DNA of 63,931 bases, filler included, from Lama guanicoe (taxonomy: Eukaryota): the NCBI GenBank assembly GCA_013239625.1. It is 76 parts of 73 records of this genome, joined end to end, with 100 filler letters (N's around TTAATTAATTAA, not from the genome) between each part and the next. Parts side by side here need not be neighbours in the genome. Positions count along the whole stretch, not along the records: positions 49,742 to 50,508 come from PNXV01019753.1; positions 50,609 to 51,159 come from PNXV01019762.1; positions 51,260 to 52,034 come from PNXV01019767.1; positions 52,135 to 53,001 come from PNXV01019773.1; positions 53,102 to 53,871 come from MU056274.1; positions 53,972 to 54,956 come from MU056276.1; positions 55,057 to 55,908 come from MU056277.1; positions 56,009 to 56,665 come from PNXV01019834.1; 68 more parts are not named here. The stretch is one strand, 5' to 3'. A program made the position numbers and the translations under genes. The stretch's first letter is position 1. Each line of letters starts with the position of its first letter. The notes beneath the pieces were generated by a model that was given only the letters and a program-made list of their open reading frames with translations, searched no databases and was not told the origin of the DNA. Shown piece by piece: positions 49,742-60,907 of this stretch.

Positions 49742-50508
49742 TATATATTTATATAGAGTAGTTTCCCACTGAAAAGAATCTGTGTGTTTCAAGGTTCTAG
49801 ATGATTGACGGCTTTCACACACAATTAATTATCAGAATTGAACATGTGGAGAGACATTCGTTCTTTTAGCAAAAAGATAATGGTTTTTCAGTAGAAAGAA
49901 CTACCCTGGTTTCTCAGGATGTTTCCTAGTGTCCATTTAAATTTCATGTATTTTTCATTGTAAAACCGAGTTGGAGGTAGTACCCCAATATATATATATG
50001 TATGTAGTGTTGTTCTGCATTCTTTAGAAACTATATTTTCCCTTCAAGCTATGTGATGTTTTACATTTGCACACATTCATCCCTCATTATTGAGCATGTG
50101 TAGAGGCTTTCGTTCAATTAGGATGAAGGGTATTCTTTGCAGTTGAAACACTTACACTGGTTTCTCAGTCTGTTTCCTCATGCCGGTTTGAAGTTCATGC
50201 AGTTTTCACTGTAAAAAAGTGTTGGGGCTAGTACCTCCCCATATAAAATTATGTCATGTATTTTCCCCATGAAAAAGATTGTGTTTCCCCAACAAGCTAG
50301 GTGATTGACTGCTTTCACACTCACTTACTCTCAGAATTGAGCGTGTTAAGATACGTTCTTTCATGTAGCATAAACAGAAGAGGTAGCACTTGAAATAATT
50401 ACTCTCTTTTCTCTGTATGTTTCCTAGTGGTGGTTTGAAATTCATGCAGTTTTCAGTGCAAAAACGACTTGGAGCTATTACCTTCCAATATAGATATATG
50501 TAGAGTAT
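49742..50508 (+). repeat. Satellite family B, AT-shifted diverged subtype
   Basis: Three monomers sharing variants with 18635-19473 (gtgattg.c.gctttcacac; ttcatgcagtttt; gctagtacc). Confidence 0.9.
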
Positions 50509-50608
50509 NNNNNNNNNNNNNNNNNNNNNNNNNNNNNNNNNNNNNNNNNNNNTTAATTAATTAANNNNNNNNNNNNNNNNNNNNNNNNNNNNNNNNNNNN
50601 NNNNNNNN

Positions 50609-51159
50609 TTTCAGATGTAAACTCCAATAAATACGTATATATTGTGGTGTACCAGCTTCAATTCTATTTTACAGTGAAACTCAGGAAATTCAAACTGCAA
50701 CTACAAAGCCATCTGTGAAACAAGATTAAGTGTTTCTCCAGGAACCCATTCCCTTTGTGCCGGATGAACGAAAGTCTCTTCACATGCGCAGTTCTGAGTG
50801 ATATGTGCGACTGAATGCTTTCCTTCACCAAGCTTGAAAGGCACACAAAGTTTCTTTTCAGTTGCCAGCTCCACTACATACATATGTATGGGGAGATAAA
50901 ATTTCAAATTCTGCTTTACAGTGAAAACTGCAGGAACATGAAGCCAGCACTAGGAAACCAACTGAAAAACGAGAGAAAGTGTTTCCCCTGCAACACGTTC
51001 CCTTTGTGCTGGATGAATGAACGTCTGTCCACATGGTCTGTTTTGAGAGGTAAGTTTGTGAAAGCCGTCCTTCCCCTAGCTTGATGGAACACAAATATAA
51101 TTTCAGGTGGAAACTCCACTAAATTCATATATATGTGGGTGTACAAGCTCCAACTCGGT
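50609..51159 (-). repeat. Satellite family B (reverse)
   Basis: ccctttgtgctggatgaatgaacgtctgtccacatgg. Confidence 0.92.
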
Positions 51160-51259
51160 NNNNNNNNNNNNNNNNNNNNNNNNNNNNNNNNNNNNNNNNN
51201 NNNTTAATTAATTAANNNNNNNNNNNNNNNNNNNNNNNNNNNNNNNNNNNNNNNNNNNN

Positions 51260-52034
51260 AGTCTCACATCCACAGACCCACTCAGCTAACCAGAGTACCT
51301 GCAGAACTTGGGTAGAACATTGTCCTCTTCAATAGGTAAAGATGCAGAAAATCTGTTAGGAGAAAAGGAAGAAAGAAAGAACAAAAACCAAAACAGAGTG
51401 GGACAGTTCCCACAGGGAGAGAGCTGTAAAGAAGGACTGGCACTCATTCACTTGGTCTCACCTCTCCAACTGTCTCCAAAAGACAATGGGAAGAAAATCA
51501 ACCATTCCAAAAGCTGGTTTTTGAAAAAGTAAGTAAAATCACCAAAAGCTGGTTTTTGAAAAAGTAAGTAAAATCACAAACCTCTGGCAAAACTCAAAAA
51601 ATAGAAAACGAGAGAGAGCACAATTAGCAAAATAAGATAGGACAATGGAGAAATTACAACAAACAAATTAGAAATACAGAATAACATACGAGAAAATTAT
51701 GAAAAGTTTTTGGAACCAAGCTGGATAACCTAGAGGAGATGGACAAGTTTCTGAAAACATACTGTCCACCAAGACTGAATCAAGAAGAAACTGACCCCTT
51801 GAACAAGCAGAGCACTAGAAATGAAATCAAAATAGCAATATAAAACTTCCCTACAAATAGCACTCCAGGACCGGACGGCTTCAATGAGGAATTCTATACA
51901 CATACAAAGAAGAACCCATACCAGTACTTCTCAAACTCTTCCAGAAGATTGAAAAGGAAGGAATACTCCCAAAGTGATTCTAAGAAACCACAATCACCCT
52001 GATACCACAACCATGCAAAGACACTACCAAAAAA
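51260..52034 (+). mobile_element. Internally deleted LINE-1: 5' UTR joined directly to mid-ORF2
   Basis: 51260-51472 is the reverse complement of the L1 5' UTR at ~54186-54397. From 51473 it is ORF2 text (KKINHSKSWFLKK; ctggataacctagaggagatggacaagtttctg; ccaggaccggacggcttc). Confidence 0.88.
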
Positions 52035-52754
52035 NNNNNNNNNNNNNNNNNNNNNNNNNNNNNNNNNNNNNNNNNNNNTTAATTAATTAANNNNNNNNNN
52101 NNNNNNNNNNNNNNNNNNNNNNNNNNNNNNNNNNTTAAACCCACTTCCAGGTACCTCATCTGATTGGTGGACTCGGCCTCTGACTGACCTACTCAGAGCG
52201 ATCCCATCCTCACATCCGGGGGTGGGAGAGGACCCTGCTGCTGGGAGAAATCAGTGAGGAAGTTGGACATCGTCCAGCCACGTCTGCACGGGTAGAAATG
52301 CCACATGCTCAGAAATTATACCGTCAGCACCCCTGGGCTCCCATGGACTGGTTTCACATTAACCAAACTTATGACACACTGATGCAAGAAAACCAGAAAT
52401 TCAATTTACTAATGTAACAGGAGATGTGAAACTACAAACGAGATTGAAATATCAGAGTTCAACCATGAGTATAGATTCTCCTCCACGGCTCAATCTCAGG
52501 CAGGCAGTCACATGGCAAGCTTGGACAGAAGCAGAGCAGGAAGAGTTTCTAGATTAACTCAATGGACTAAATTTCTGTTATAAGAACAGATCTACTGCCT
52601 GGAAAACAATTAACGCCAATCACGGGGCACACTTCATGGGCAGTGGCTGAGACACGACTGTGAGCCCCTGTATAACTCCCCTTTCCCTGTCCTTAGCAGA
52701 GGTACAGAGATCCAGGGATGCAGATACCTCTAAACTCCCAAAGCTCATCCCTGG

Positions 52755-52980
52755 GAGCCTGGAAACCAGATAGCCAGGGTTTAAACCCCAGCTCTGCCAC
52801 TTACTAGCTCTGTTACCTTGGCCAAATTACTTACCCTCTGTGTGCCTCAATTTCCACACTGTAAACCTGGGATAACAATCAAATCTTTCTTACTCACTTG
52901 TTGTGAAGATTGAAGGATTCATTTCTGTAAAACTCACAGAAAAGAATGTAGTATATTTTTGGTGCCCAACAAATGTCAAT
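52755..52980 (+). mobile_element. MIR SINE
   Basis: gggtttaaaccccagctctgccacttactagctctgttaccttggccaaattactta...gtgcctcaatttcc...tgtaaa is the MIR core. Confidence 0.9.
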
Positions 52981-53345
52981 TTAATAAGAAAGTGATTTAC
53001 ANNNNNNNNNNNNNNNNNNNNNNNNNNNNNNNNNNNNNNNNNNNNTTAATTAATTAANNNNNNNNNNNNNNNNNNNNNNNNNNNNNNNNNNNNNNNNNNN
53101 NGCCACCTTTTGCTGCAATGCTATGTCTGTATATAACACATCTAAATGATGCATTTGCCCATCTTCCGTGATATGCATTGTCCTACTGTAGATAATAATC
53201 CACTTAAAACATTTGATAATTTACTATTAAGTATGAGGCACTATTTAGGGCCAACATTAAACACCAAAGTGCACATAACACAGCTCCTGGTTGCAGGACC
53301 AGTGCCCAGCAGAGTTTCCTGCTCCAGACTGCATCAGCTTGATGT

Positions 53346-53503
53346 CTTCTTTTTCCTTCCTTCCTCCCTCTCTCCCTTCCTCCCTCTCTCCCTTCCTCCC
53401 TCTCTCCCTTCCTTCCTCCCTCTCTCCCTTCCTCCCCTCCTTCCTTCTTTCCTTCCTTCCCTCCTTCCTTCTTTCCTTCCTTCCCTCCTTCCTTCCTTTC
53501 TTC

Positions 53504-53570
<67 letters not shown>

Positions 53571-53838
53571 TNNNNNNNNNNNNNNNNNNNNNNNNNNNNN
53601 NNNNNNNNNNNNNNNNNNNNNNNNNNNNNNNNNNNNNNNNNNNNNNNNNNNNNNNNNNNNNNNNNNNNNNNNNNNNNNNNNNNNNNNNNNNNNNNNNNNN
53701 NNNNNNNNNNNNNNNNNNNNNNNNNNNNNNNNNNNNNNNNNNNNNNNNNNTCTTTCTTTCTTCCTTCTTTCATTCTTTCTTTCTTCCTTTCTTTCTTTAT
53801 TTCTTCTTTCCTCTCTCTCTCTTTCTTTTCCTTTTTGT
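53346..53838. repeat. Compound polypyrimidine microsatellite (CCTT)n/(CTTT)n
   Basis: Directly visible. Confidence 0.97.
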
Positions 53839-53971
53839 TAAAAATATAAGTCTTTTTTTAATTTCATTTTANNNNNNNNNNNNNNNNNNNNNNNNNNNNN
53901 NNNNNNNNNNNNNNNTTAATTAATTAANNNNNNNNNNNNNNNNNNNNNNNNNNNNNNNNNNNNNNNNNNNN

Positions 53972-54461
53972 AAGCCAAGTTCATTTCCTTGGGCCACCAC
54001 AGTGCAGCCATCCCCATTTACCACCCAGCTCAGGCAGCATGGACCTGCCCCCATCTTCCGGGATGAATCTTCAGCTGAGTGTCACAGGGATCCTCTGTGC
54101 CTGTTTAACTTAGTTCTTTCAGTCAACTTATTCTATGTACATGTCCAAGCCTTGGAAGCTCCCCCTCCATCCTGCTGATCTCTCAGTTGTAGAGGGGAGA
54201 CACAGTGAATGAGCACAAGTCCTTCTTTGCTGTTCCCTCCCTGTTGGACCTGTCCCACTCTGTTTAGCATTTTCTTCTTTCTTTCTTCATTTTCTCCTAC
54301 AAGATTTTTCACATCTTTATCTATTGAAGAGTACAATGTTCTTTCAGAGTTCTGCAGGTTCTCTGGTTAGCTGAGTGGGTCTGTGGATGTGAGTCTTGGT
54401 GCATTTGTGGGAAAGGGTGAGCTACAAACATCTTTTTACTCCACCATCTTTGCCTCCCCCC
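53972..54461 (-). mobile_element. LINE-1 5' UTR including the 5' terminus, inserted in older L1-like sequence (54462-54956)
   Basis: Minus strand begins ggggggaggcaAAGATGGtggagtaaaaagatgtttgtagctcaccctttcccacaaa. Confidence 0.82.
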
Positions 54462-56008
54462 AAAAAGTCTCACTTTATTGTGGAAGATAAACATAGTCTA
54501 TAAATAAATGGAAAGATATTCCATGGAAATGACAAGAAAGTGCAGATTGCAATGCTCAACTCATAGAAAACATTTTAAAAAAGTGGCCAAAATGAAACAA
54601 ATATGAGCATATATAAAGAAAAATATATCAATAAAAAATGGAGTATTACACTCATTAAATTATATATGGACCAAACACTATAGATCCTAAATATAAAATG
54701 AAATTTTAATAGACATGAAGGAATTAATTCATTATAAAAGAATAATAGTAGATGAGTTGAAAACCTCACTATTCTGATAGCCAGATCATACAGAAAGAAT
54801 ATCTGTAAGGAGACAGAGATATTAATAGCATATTACATCATTTGATCCTAAATGAGCTATTGGACACTGCATCAGAAAAGCAGAAAACATAAATTTTTCA
54901 AGTGTGCACAGGATGTTATCTAAAGAATTAACCACATATTATGTCATGAAATGAGCNNNNNNNNNNNNNNNNNNNNNNNNNNNNNNNNNNNNNNNNNNNN
55001 TTAATTAATTAANNNNNNNNNNNNNNNNNNNNNNNNNNNNNNNNNNNNNNNNNNNNAAAGTGTGTTTCAGTAAGACAGCAGGTCATGGCTATGGGGAGAA
55101 CTAGACGGAAGGGTGAGGCGTGACAAGCTATGTTTGGAGTAAACTCAGTTTCCCTACAAAGAGCCTCACAAACCATCTCTGGCCAAGCGCTCTGAAGGCA
55201 AGTCTGACCGATGGGCCCTCCTGGCACCTCACGGTGCGTGTCCGGGCCCGCTTTACATGTCCCTGTGATGCTGACGCAGGCTGTGGCATGGCTCTGTCCT
55301 GGGGACACACGTGCTAGTCTTCCTCTGCTTTTCAGGATGTTTGTCTCGAGCGCCGAGGGGGGGACTGTGAATGCACCATGAGCTTTGCCCGGACAGTGTC
55401 TGCTCCTCAGCTAACAGAACCTCGCCTCTGACTTCCATGGCGTCCCTCGGTCACGGTCCCAGCTCTCCTGCAGTTACTTGCATCTGCAACCCCCCCCCAA
55501 AGGCTGTGAGCATCGTTGCGAAGGGCGTGCCTCACGCCTGCTGCGGTCCTATGAATTCCTGGAAAATGCACGTGACGCACAAGAAACCTATTTTCACGAT
55601 GCACAGATGCGGCTTGCTGTCACATGTTTTTGAGAATTTTCTTTGGCAGCTGTCCTTATCAATAACACGTTTGGACAGGCTTACCTAGATGCGGAGCTTT
55701 TAGTAAAAAGTGATTTGGTACACGCTGAAATTCCCTTTTTAAAATCCTACATGAGAATATTCATCGTACAGCCCCCGGGTATGCAGGCATTTGGGGGCCG
55801 ACTGCTCAGGGGCGACTGTTGAGACTTTCCACCTCTATGCTGAGCTTCTGTAGTTGCAGTTGCGTAAGCTTCTAATGTATAATATACATGGTGTAGTGGA
55901 AAACACAANNNNNNNNNNNNNNNNNNNNNNNNNNNNNNNNNNNNNNNNNNNNTTAATTAATTAANNNNNNNNNNNNNNNNNNNNNNNNNNNNNNNNNNNN
56001 NNNNNNNN

Positions 56009-56665
56009 CCAACTGACAGCAGCACCTGGGATCTCATATAATCCCTATGTTTGACATCCATAAGTGTTTTCCTAGGCCGGGCTCTGAGCCTAGGTGGTGG
56101 TTGGTCTCTAAAGCCAAGTATTAGCGTGTGCCTCTCTATGTTCAGTGGAGGTGTTTAAACTACATCCAAACCTGGGAACACCTGTGCCCTCATGAAGATG
56201 CGAGGACACTCTTTCACCACCTCCAGCACACACACGAAAATGTGTTCAGGAATCCTGAGAGTGGGGAAGATCTTCCAAATGACAGCAGTGCCTGGGTTCC
56301 AATAAAACCCCTTAGCTTGTATTTCCTGTGTGTTTCCCTACGCCGGACTGCGAGGGAAAGATGGGGGTTTGGATTGAAGTCCAAGTAGCAACGAGTGCCC
56401 CCCAATTTACTGAGGAAATACTTAGAGGATTTCACCCTAATGTGGAACACCTGTGCCCCCATTCATCTGTGTGGACTGGGTATCCACACCTCCCCACACA
56501 CACGGCTGGGATCCGGAATCCTGAGTGTGTGGAAGATCCTCCAACTGACAGCAGCGCCTGCGTTCTAATAGAATAACTCAGCTTGAATTAACTAAGTTTT
56601 TTTCCTAGACCTATCTGTGAGCGATGGTGGGGAATGGTCTCTAAAGGCAAGAATAAGCGAGTGCA
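56009..56665 (+). repeat. Satellite family C
   Basis: Family C monomers matching the variant order of 29343-30168. Confidence 0.92.
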
Positions 56666-56765
56666 NNNNNNNNNNNNNNNNNNNNNNNNNNNNNNNNNNN
56701 NNNNNNNNNTTAATTAATTAANNNNNNNNNNNNNNNNNNNNNNNNNNNNNNNNNNNNNNNNNNNN

Positions 56766-57389
56766 CAGCTCTCTTCACCTAGAAACTCTTGTGGATTTTC
56801 AGAGATGGGTAATGTACCCTTTCACCCACAGGGCACATCTGCCCTGTTGTTTTATGGAAGGCCCAGGCTGTTCTGCCCTGTCCACCCACAGCCATGACAC
56901 AATGCCAAATCCATTCCCCTGGGAAGCCACAGTGCAGCCATCCCCATCTACCACCCAGCTCGGGCAGCAGGGCCCTGCCCCCAGCTTCTGGGCTGCATCT
57001 TCAGCTGAGTGTCACAGGGATCCTCTGTGCCTGTTTAAATTAGTTCTGTCAGTCAATTTATACAATGTACATGTCGAAGCCTTGGAGGCGCCCCTTCTTC
57101 CTGCCCATCACACAGCTGGAGAGGGGAGACACAGTGAATGAACACCAGTCCTTCTTTGCTGCTCCCTCCCTGTTGCAACTGTCCAATTCTGTTTTGCCTT
57201 TTCTTCTTTCTTTCTTCCTTTTCTCCTACCGGATTTTTCACATCTTTATCTATTGAAGAGTACAATCCACTGTCATAGAACTGCAGGTTCTCTGATTAGC
57301 TGAGTGGGTCTTTGTATGAGGGTCTGGTGCATTTGTGGCAAAGTGTGAGCTACGAGCATCTTCCTACTCCACCATCTTTGCCTCCCCCC
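56766..57389 (-). mobile_element. LINE-1 5' UTR and terminus with the same flank as at 54461
   Basis: Colinear with 53972-54715 across the L1/flank junction. Confidence 0.82.
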
Positions 57390-57877
57390 AAAAGCCTCAT
57401 TTTATGGTGGAAGATAAACATAGTCTGGAAATAAATGGAAAAGATATTCCATGGAATTGACAAGAAAGTGCAGATTGCAATGCTTAACTCATGCAAAATA
57501 CGTTTTAAAATAGGGGCCAAAAAATATGACATTATATAAAGAAAAAGGGATCAATAAAAAAAGGGCATTACACTTATTAAATTATATATGGATCCAACAC
57601 CATAGATCCTAAGTATAAAAAGAAATTTTAGTAGACATNNNNNNNNNNNNNNNNNNNNNNNNNNNNNNNNNNNNNNNNNNNNTTAATTAATTAANNNNNN
57701 NNNNNNNNNNNNNNNNNNNNNNNNNNNNNNNNNNNNNNTGCTTCTCCCTACATGAGACCTAAAATAAATCTACACTGATATCCAAAAAGAAAATGAGAAT
57801 TTGAGGTCCCCAATGAGAAAAAAATCTAACAAGAAATCAAAAAAGTAAAGACTTTTTCATTAATGATTCCTGGAAAG

Positions 57878-58060
57878 AGTGGAGCATGGTGGTGTTGAGC
57901 TCAGATGCTAGGGAAAAACATGAGGGTCTGAATTCCCACAGCACTGGGTAGCTTTGACACTAATATGTCAGTCAAATTCTCTGCATCTCAGTCTCCGATG
58001 CATAGACTGGGGACAACAACCGCACCCATCTCCTAGAACGGTCCTAAGAATTAAGTTATT
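57878..58060 (+). mobile_element. MIR SINE, degenerate
   Basis: aattctctgcatctcagtctccgatgcatagactggggacaacaaccgcacccatctcctag...aagaattaag. Confidence 0.65.
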
Positions 58061-58284
58061 TTANNNNNNNNNNNNNNNNNNNNNNNNNNNNNNNNNNNNN
58101 NNNNNNNNNNNNNNNNNNNNNNNNNNNNNNNNNNNNNNNNNNNNNNNNNNNNNNNNNNNNNNNNNNNNNNNNNNNNNNNNNNNNNNNNNNNNNNNNNNNN
58201 NNNNNNNNNNNNNNNNNNNNNNNNNNNNNNNNNNNNNNNNNNNNNNNNNNNNNNNNNNNNNNNNNNNNNNNNNNNNNNNNNNNN

Positions 58285-58621
58285 AATAAAAAGGCAACTC
58301 AATTAAAAAATGAAAAAAGAATCTGAAAAGATATTTTTCAAGGAAAATATACAAATGGCCAATAAGCACAATGAAACCGTGTTCAATAACATTAGCTCTA
58401 AAGGAAATCAAGTCAAAACAACTAGGAGAAACCGCTTCACACTCACTACAATAGGTTATAATCAAAAAAAGATTAACAAGCACTAATGAGGACACAGAAG
58501 AAGCGGAGCCTGCAGCACTTGCTGGTGAGGATGTACTTCAGCGTGGCCACTTTGGAAAACATCCTGGTAAGACTTCAGAGAGTTGAACATTTGGTTTCTG
58601 AATGATCCAGCAATTCTGCTT
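58285..58621 (+). mobile_element. Old LINE-1 ORF2 3' fragment
   Basis: caaggaaaatatacaaatggccaataagcacaatgaaa...ggaaatcaagtcaaaacaac...gccactttggaaaac. Confidence 0.88.
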
Positions 58622-58721
58622 NNNNNNNNNNNNNNNNNNNNNNNNNNNNNNNNNNNNNNNNNNNNTTAATTAATTAANNNNNNNNNNNNNNNNNNNNNNN
58701 NNNNNNNNNNNNNNNNNNNNN

Positions 58722-59482
58722 TTTCTCATAATTCCCCCTAACAGGGAACATCTGTGAATGAAGAGAGCTGTGTGGAGTTGTCTCTCGAGATCCTCCACGC
58801 ACTGACAATTGTTCCGGAATCTTGAGCGTGGGGAGGTTCCACCAACGGTCGGCAGCGCGTGGGTTCTAACGGAATGCCTAAGCTCGTCTCCCCTGAGGGT
58901 TTTCCTAATGTCTCTGTGCCAGNNNNNNNNNNNNNNNNNNNNNNNNNNNNNNNNNNNNNNNNNNNNNNNNNNNNNNNNNNNNNNNNNNNNNNNNNNNNNN
59001 NNNNNNNNNNNNNNNNNNNNNNNNNNNNNNNNNNNNNNNNNNNNNNNNNNNNNNNNNNNNNACTGACAATGGTTCCGGAATCCTGAGCTTGGGGAGGTTC
59101 CACCAACGGTCGGCAGCGCGTGGGTTCTAACGGAATGCCTAAAGTCAACTCCCATGGGTTTTTTCCTAAGGTCTCTGTACCAGGGAATGCTAGGGGGGTT
59201 TGCAGGAAATCCCAGTGACATAGGCTACCTCCCCAAGTTCAGAGAAGGTATTTCTCTGACTTCCCCGTTCAGGGAACACCTGTGACTGAAGAGAGCTGCG
59301 TGGAGTTGTCTCTCGAGCTCCCCACGCACTGACAATGGTACGACTTCCCTGGGTTTTTTCCTAATGTCTCTGTGCCAGGGAATGCTAGAGGGGTTTGCAG
59401 GCTATCCCAGTGACAGAGGCTGCCTCCCAAAAATCAGTTAAAGCATTTCTCAGAATTCCCCCTAACAGGGACCACCTGTGAC
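58722..59482 (-). repeat. Satellite family A (reverse)
   Basis: Family A monomers; ~80-bp internal deletion near 59340. Confidence 0.95.
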
Positions 59483-59588
59483 NNNNNNNNNNNNNNNNNN
59501 NNNNNNNNNNNNNNNNNNNNNNNNNNTTAATTAATTAANNNNNNNNNNNNNNNNNNNNNNNNNNNNNNNNNNNNNNNNNNNNGTTGGC

Positions 59589-60323
59589 AGAAAGGGGGTT
59601 TCTGTAGAGACAGGCAGAGAGAGCAATGCCAGGAACAAAGATAGATGGGCAAGGACCCATCTCCTCCTTTTCACTGGGGGCCAAGGAGAATCCCAGGGCA
59701 AGGAGAGGCTAGGAAATACAAGGCAGGCTCTGAGCACCAGAGCCATCAGAGAACTGAGCAGCTAGTTTCAGCCACATGTCTCACGTCCTCATCAGCCTCT
59801 GGCCCTCTGAGTGCTGCTCCTGCCCTTCTGTTCTCATGTTTGTGTCTGATCATCTGGCTATCTTTCCACCCAGCTGAGGTGGGGTGCACGGACAGGAAAG
59901 ATGAGCTTGGTGGCACTGGCAGAGCTCCGAGTTCCAAGACTGGACTGAGGGGCTGGGATCAGCCCAGTGAAAACGGTTCTGCAGTCCACCTTCTCTGGTC
60001 GCCGGCCCAGACCTGCTCCTCACTGGTGAAATGCATGGGGAAGCAGGAAGTGGTGGGGTTTCCTCTGCACTGTGTCCCACTCATGGCTCCCAATGTGGGA
60101 AGTTTGGCCCCCAGTATTTCCTGCGACCCGTAGGTGAGGGGCTCAAGCTGGGCTCTCCCTCGCTGTTACCCGCTTTCTCAGGTTTTGCTCTTCTGTGTTT
60201 GTGTGTCTTCCTCCTTTCGTCCATCCTCCCCCTCATTCTGGCAGCCCCTTCACAGAGCCGGGAGGAGCGTAATTTCCGCCATGAAGCTCGGCAAGAACCG
60301 GCCTCACAAGGAAGAACCCCAAA
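59589..60323 (+). mobile_element. Possible ERV LTR (59603-60083) with a tRNA-Lys-type primer-binding site (60084-60101)
   Basis: ...cccactCA|tggctcccaatgtgggaa matches TGGCGCCCAACGTGGGGC at 14/18. AG|GTGAGG donor at ~60133. PPT-like agaaaggggg just before TGTAG. No canonical AATAAA seen. Confidence 0.4.
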
Positions 60324-60423
60324 NNNNNNNNNNNNNNNNNNNNNNNNNNNNNNNNNNNNNNNNNNNNTTAATTAATTAANNNNNNNNNNNNNNNNNNNNN
60401 NNNNNNNNNNNNNNNNNNNNNNN

Positions 60424-60907
60424 CCCGGCGCCCCGGCCACAGCTGTCCAAGGCCAGGTGTGCCCCTGCCGCCCCTTGGCCTAGCCGGGCTCCCCTCAGTC
60501 CGCGGATGGCGACCGCGTCCCCTCTCCCGCCCGCGAGTCCTCTCCTCCCGGGCTTCCTCTCCTTGGCCACCTACCCGTCCGCATCACTGAGTGGGCTGTG
60601 TCCCGGGCGGGCGGGGTCTGCGGACCCGAACGGGGGCGGGCGGCTGGGGCTGGGGCTGGGGCTGGCATCCGAAAAGGGCTGCAGCCCGCGTTCCCCACAC
60701 CCCCGCTTTCCCTGACCCGCGATCCCGGGGCTGCCCTCCTCTCCCTTTCCCGATCCCTGAGGTCCAGATCAGCGGCGTGGGCGCTGCTCTCCAGGCTGAG
60801 ATCCTCTGGCTGTAACGCCCAGCTTCTCCTGGTGGAGTCCGGAAAAGGGAGCCCCAGTGCTGAGGGAGCTTCTGTCTCCTCGCTCAGTATTTCTGCCCCA
60901 GGTAAGT
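60424..60907 (+). promoter_or_regulatory. CpG island edge with a candidate 5' exon ending at CAG|GTAAGT (60901/60902)
   Basis: Dense CpG and GC boxes (gggcgg) at 60424-~60790; consensus splice donor; sequence becomes AT-richer afterwards. Confidence 0.65.

Noticed and set aside
53146..53923. 189-231-aa ORFs rich in LPSF or KERK
   Set aside because: They come from the (CCTT)n/(CTTT)n microsatellite plus an N gap.
55318..55908. Possible terminal exon after tcttcctctgcttttcag
   Set aside because: The acceptor is plausible, but all frames stop quickly with unrecognised peptides and there is no canonical poly(A) signal.
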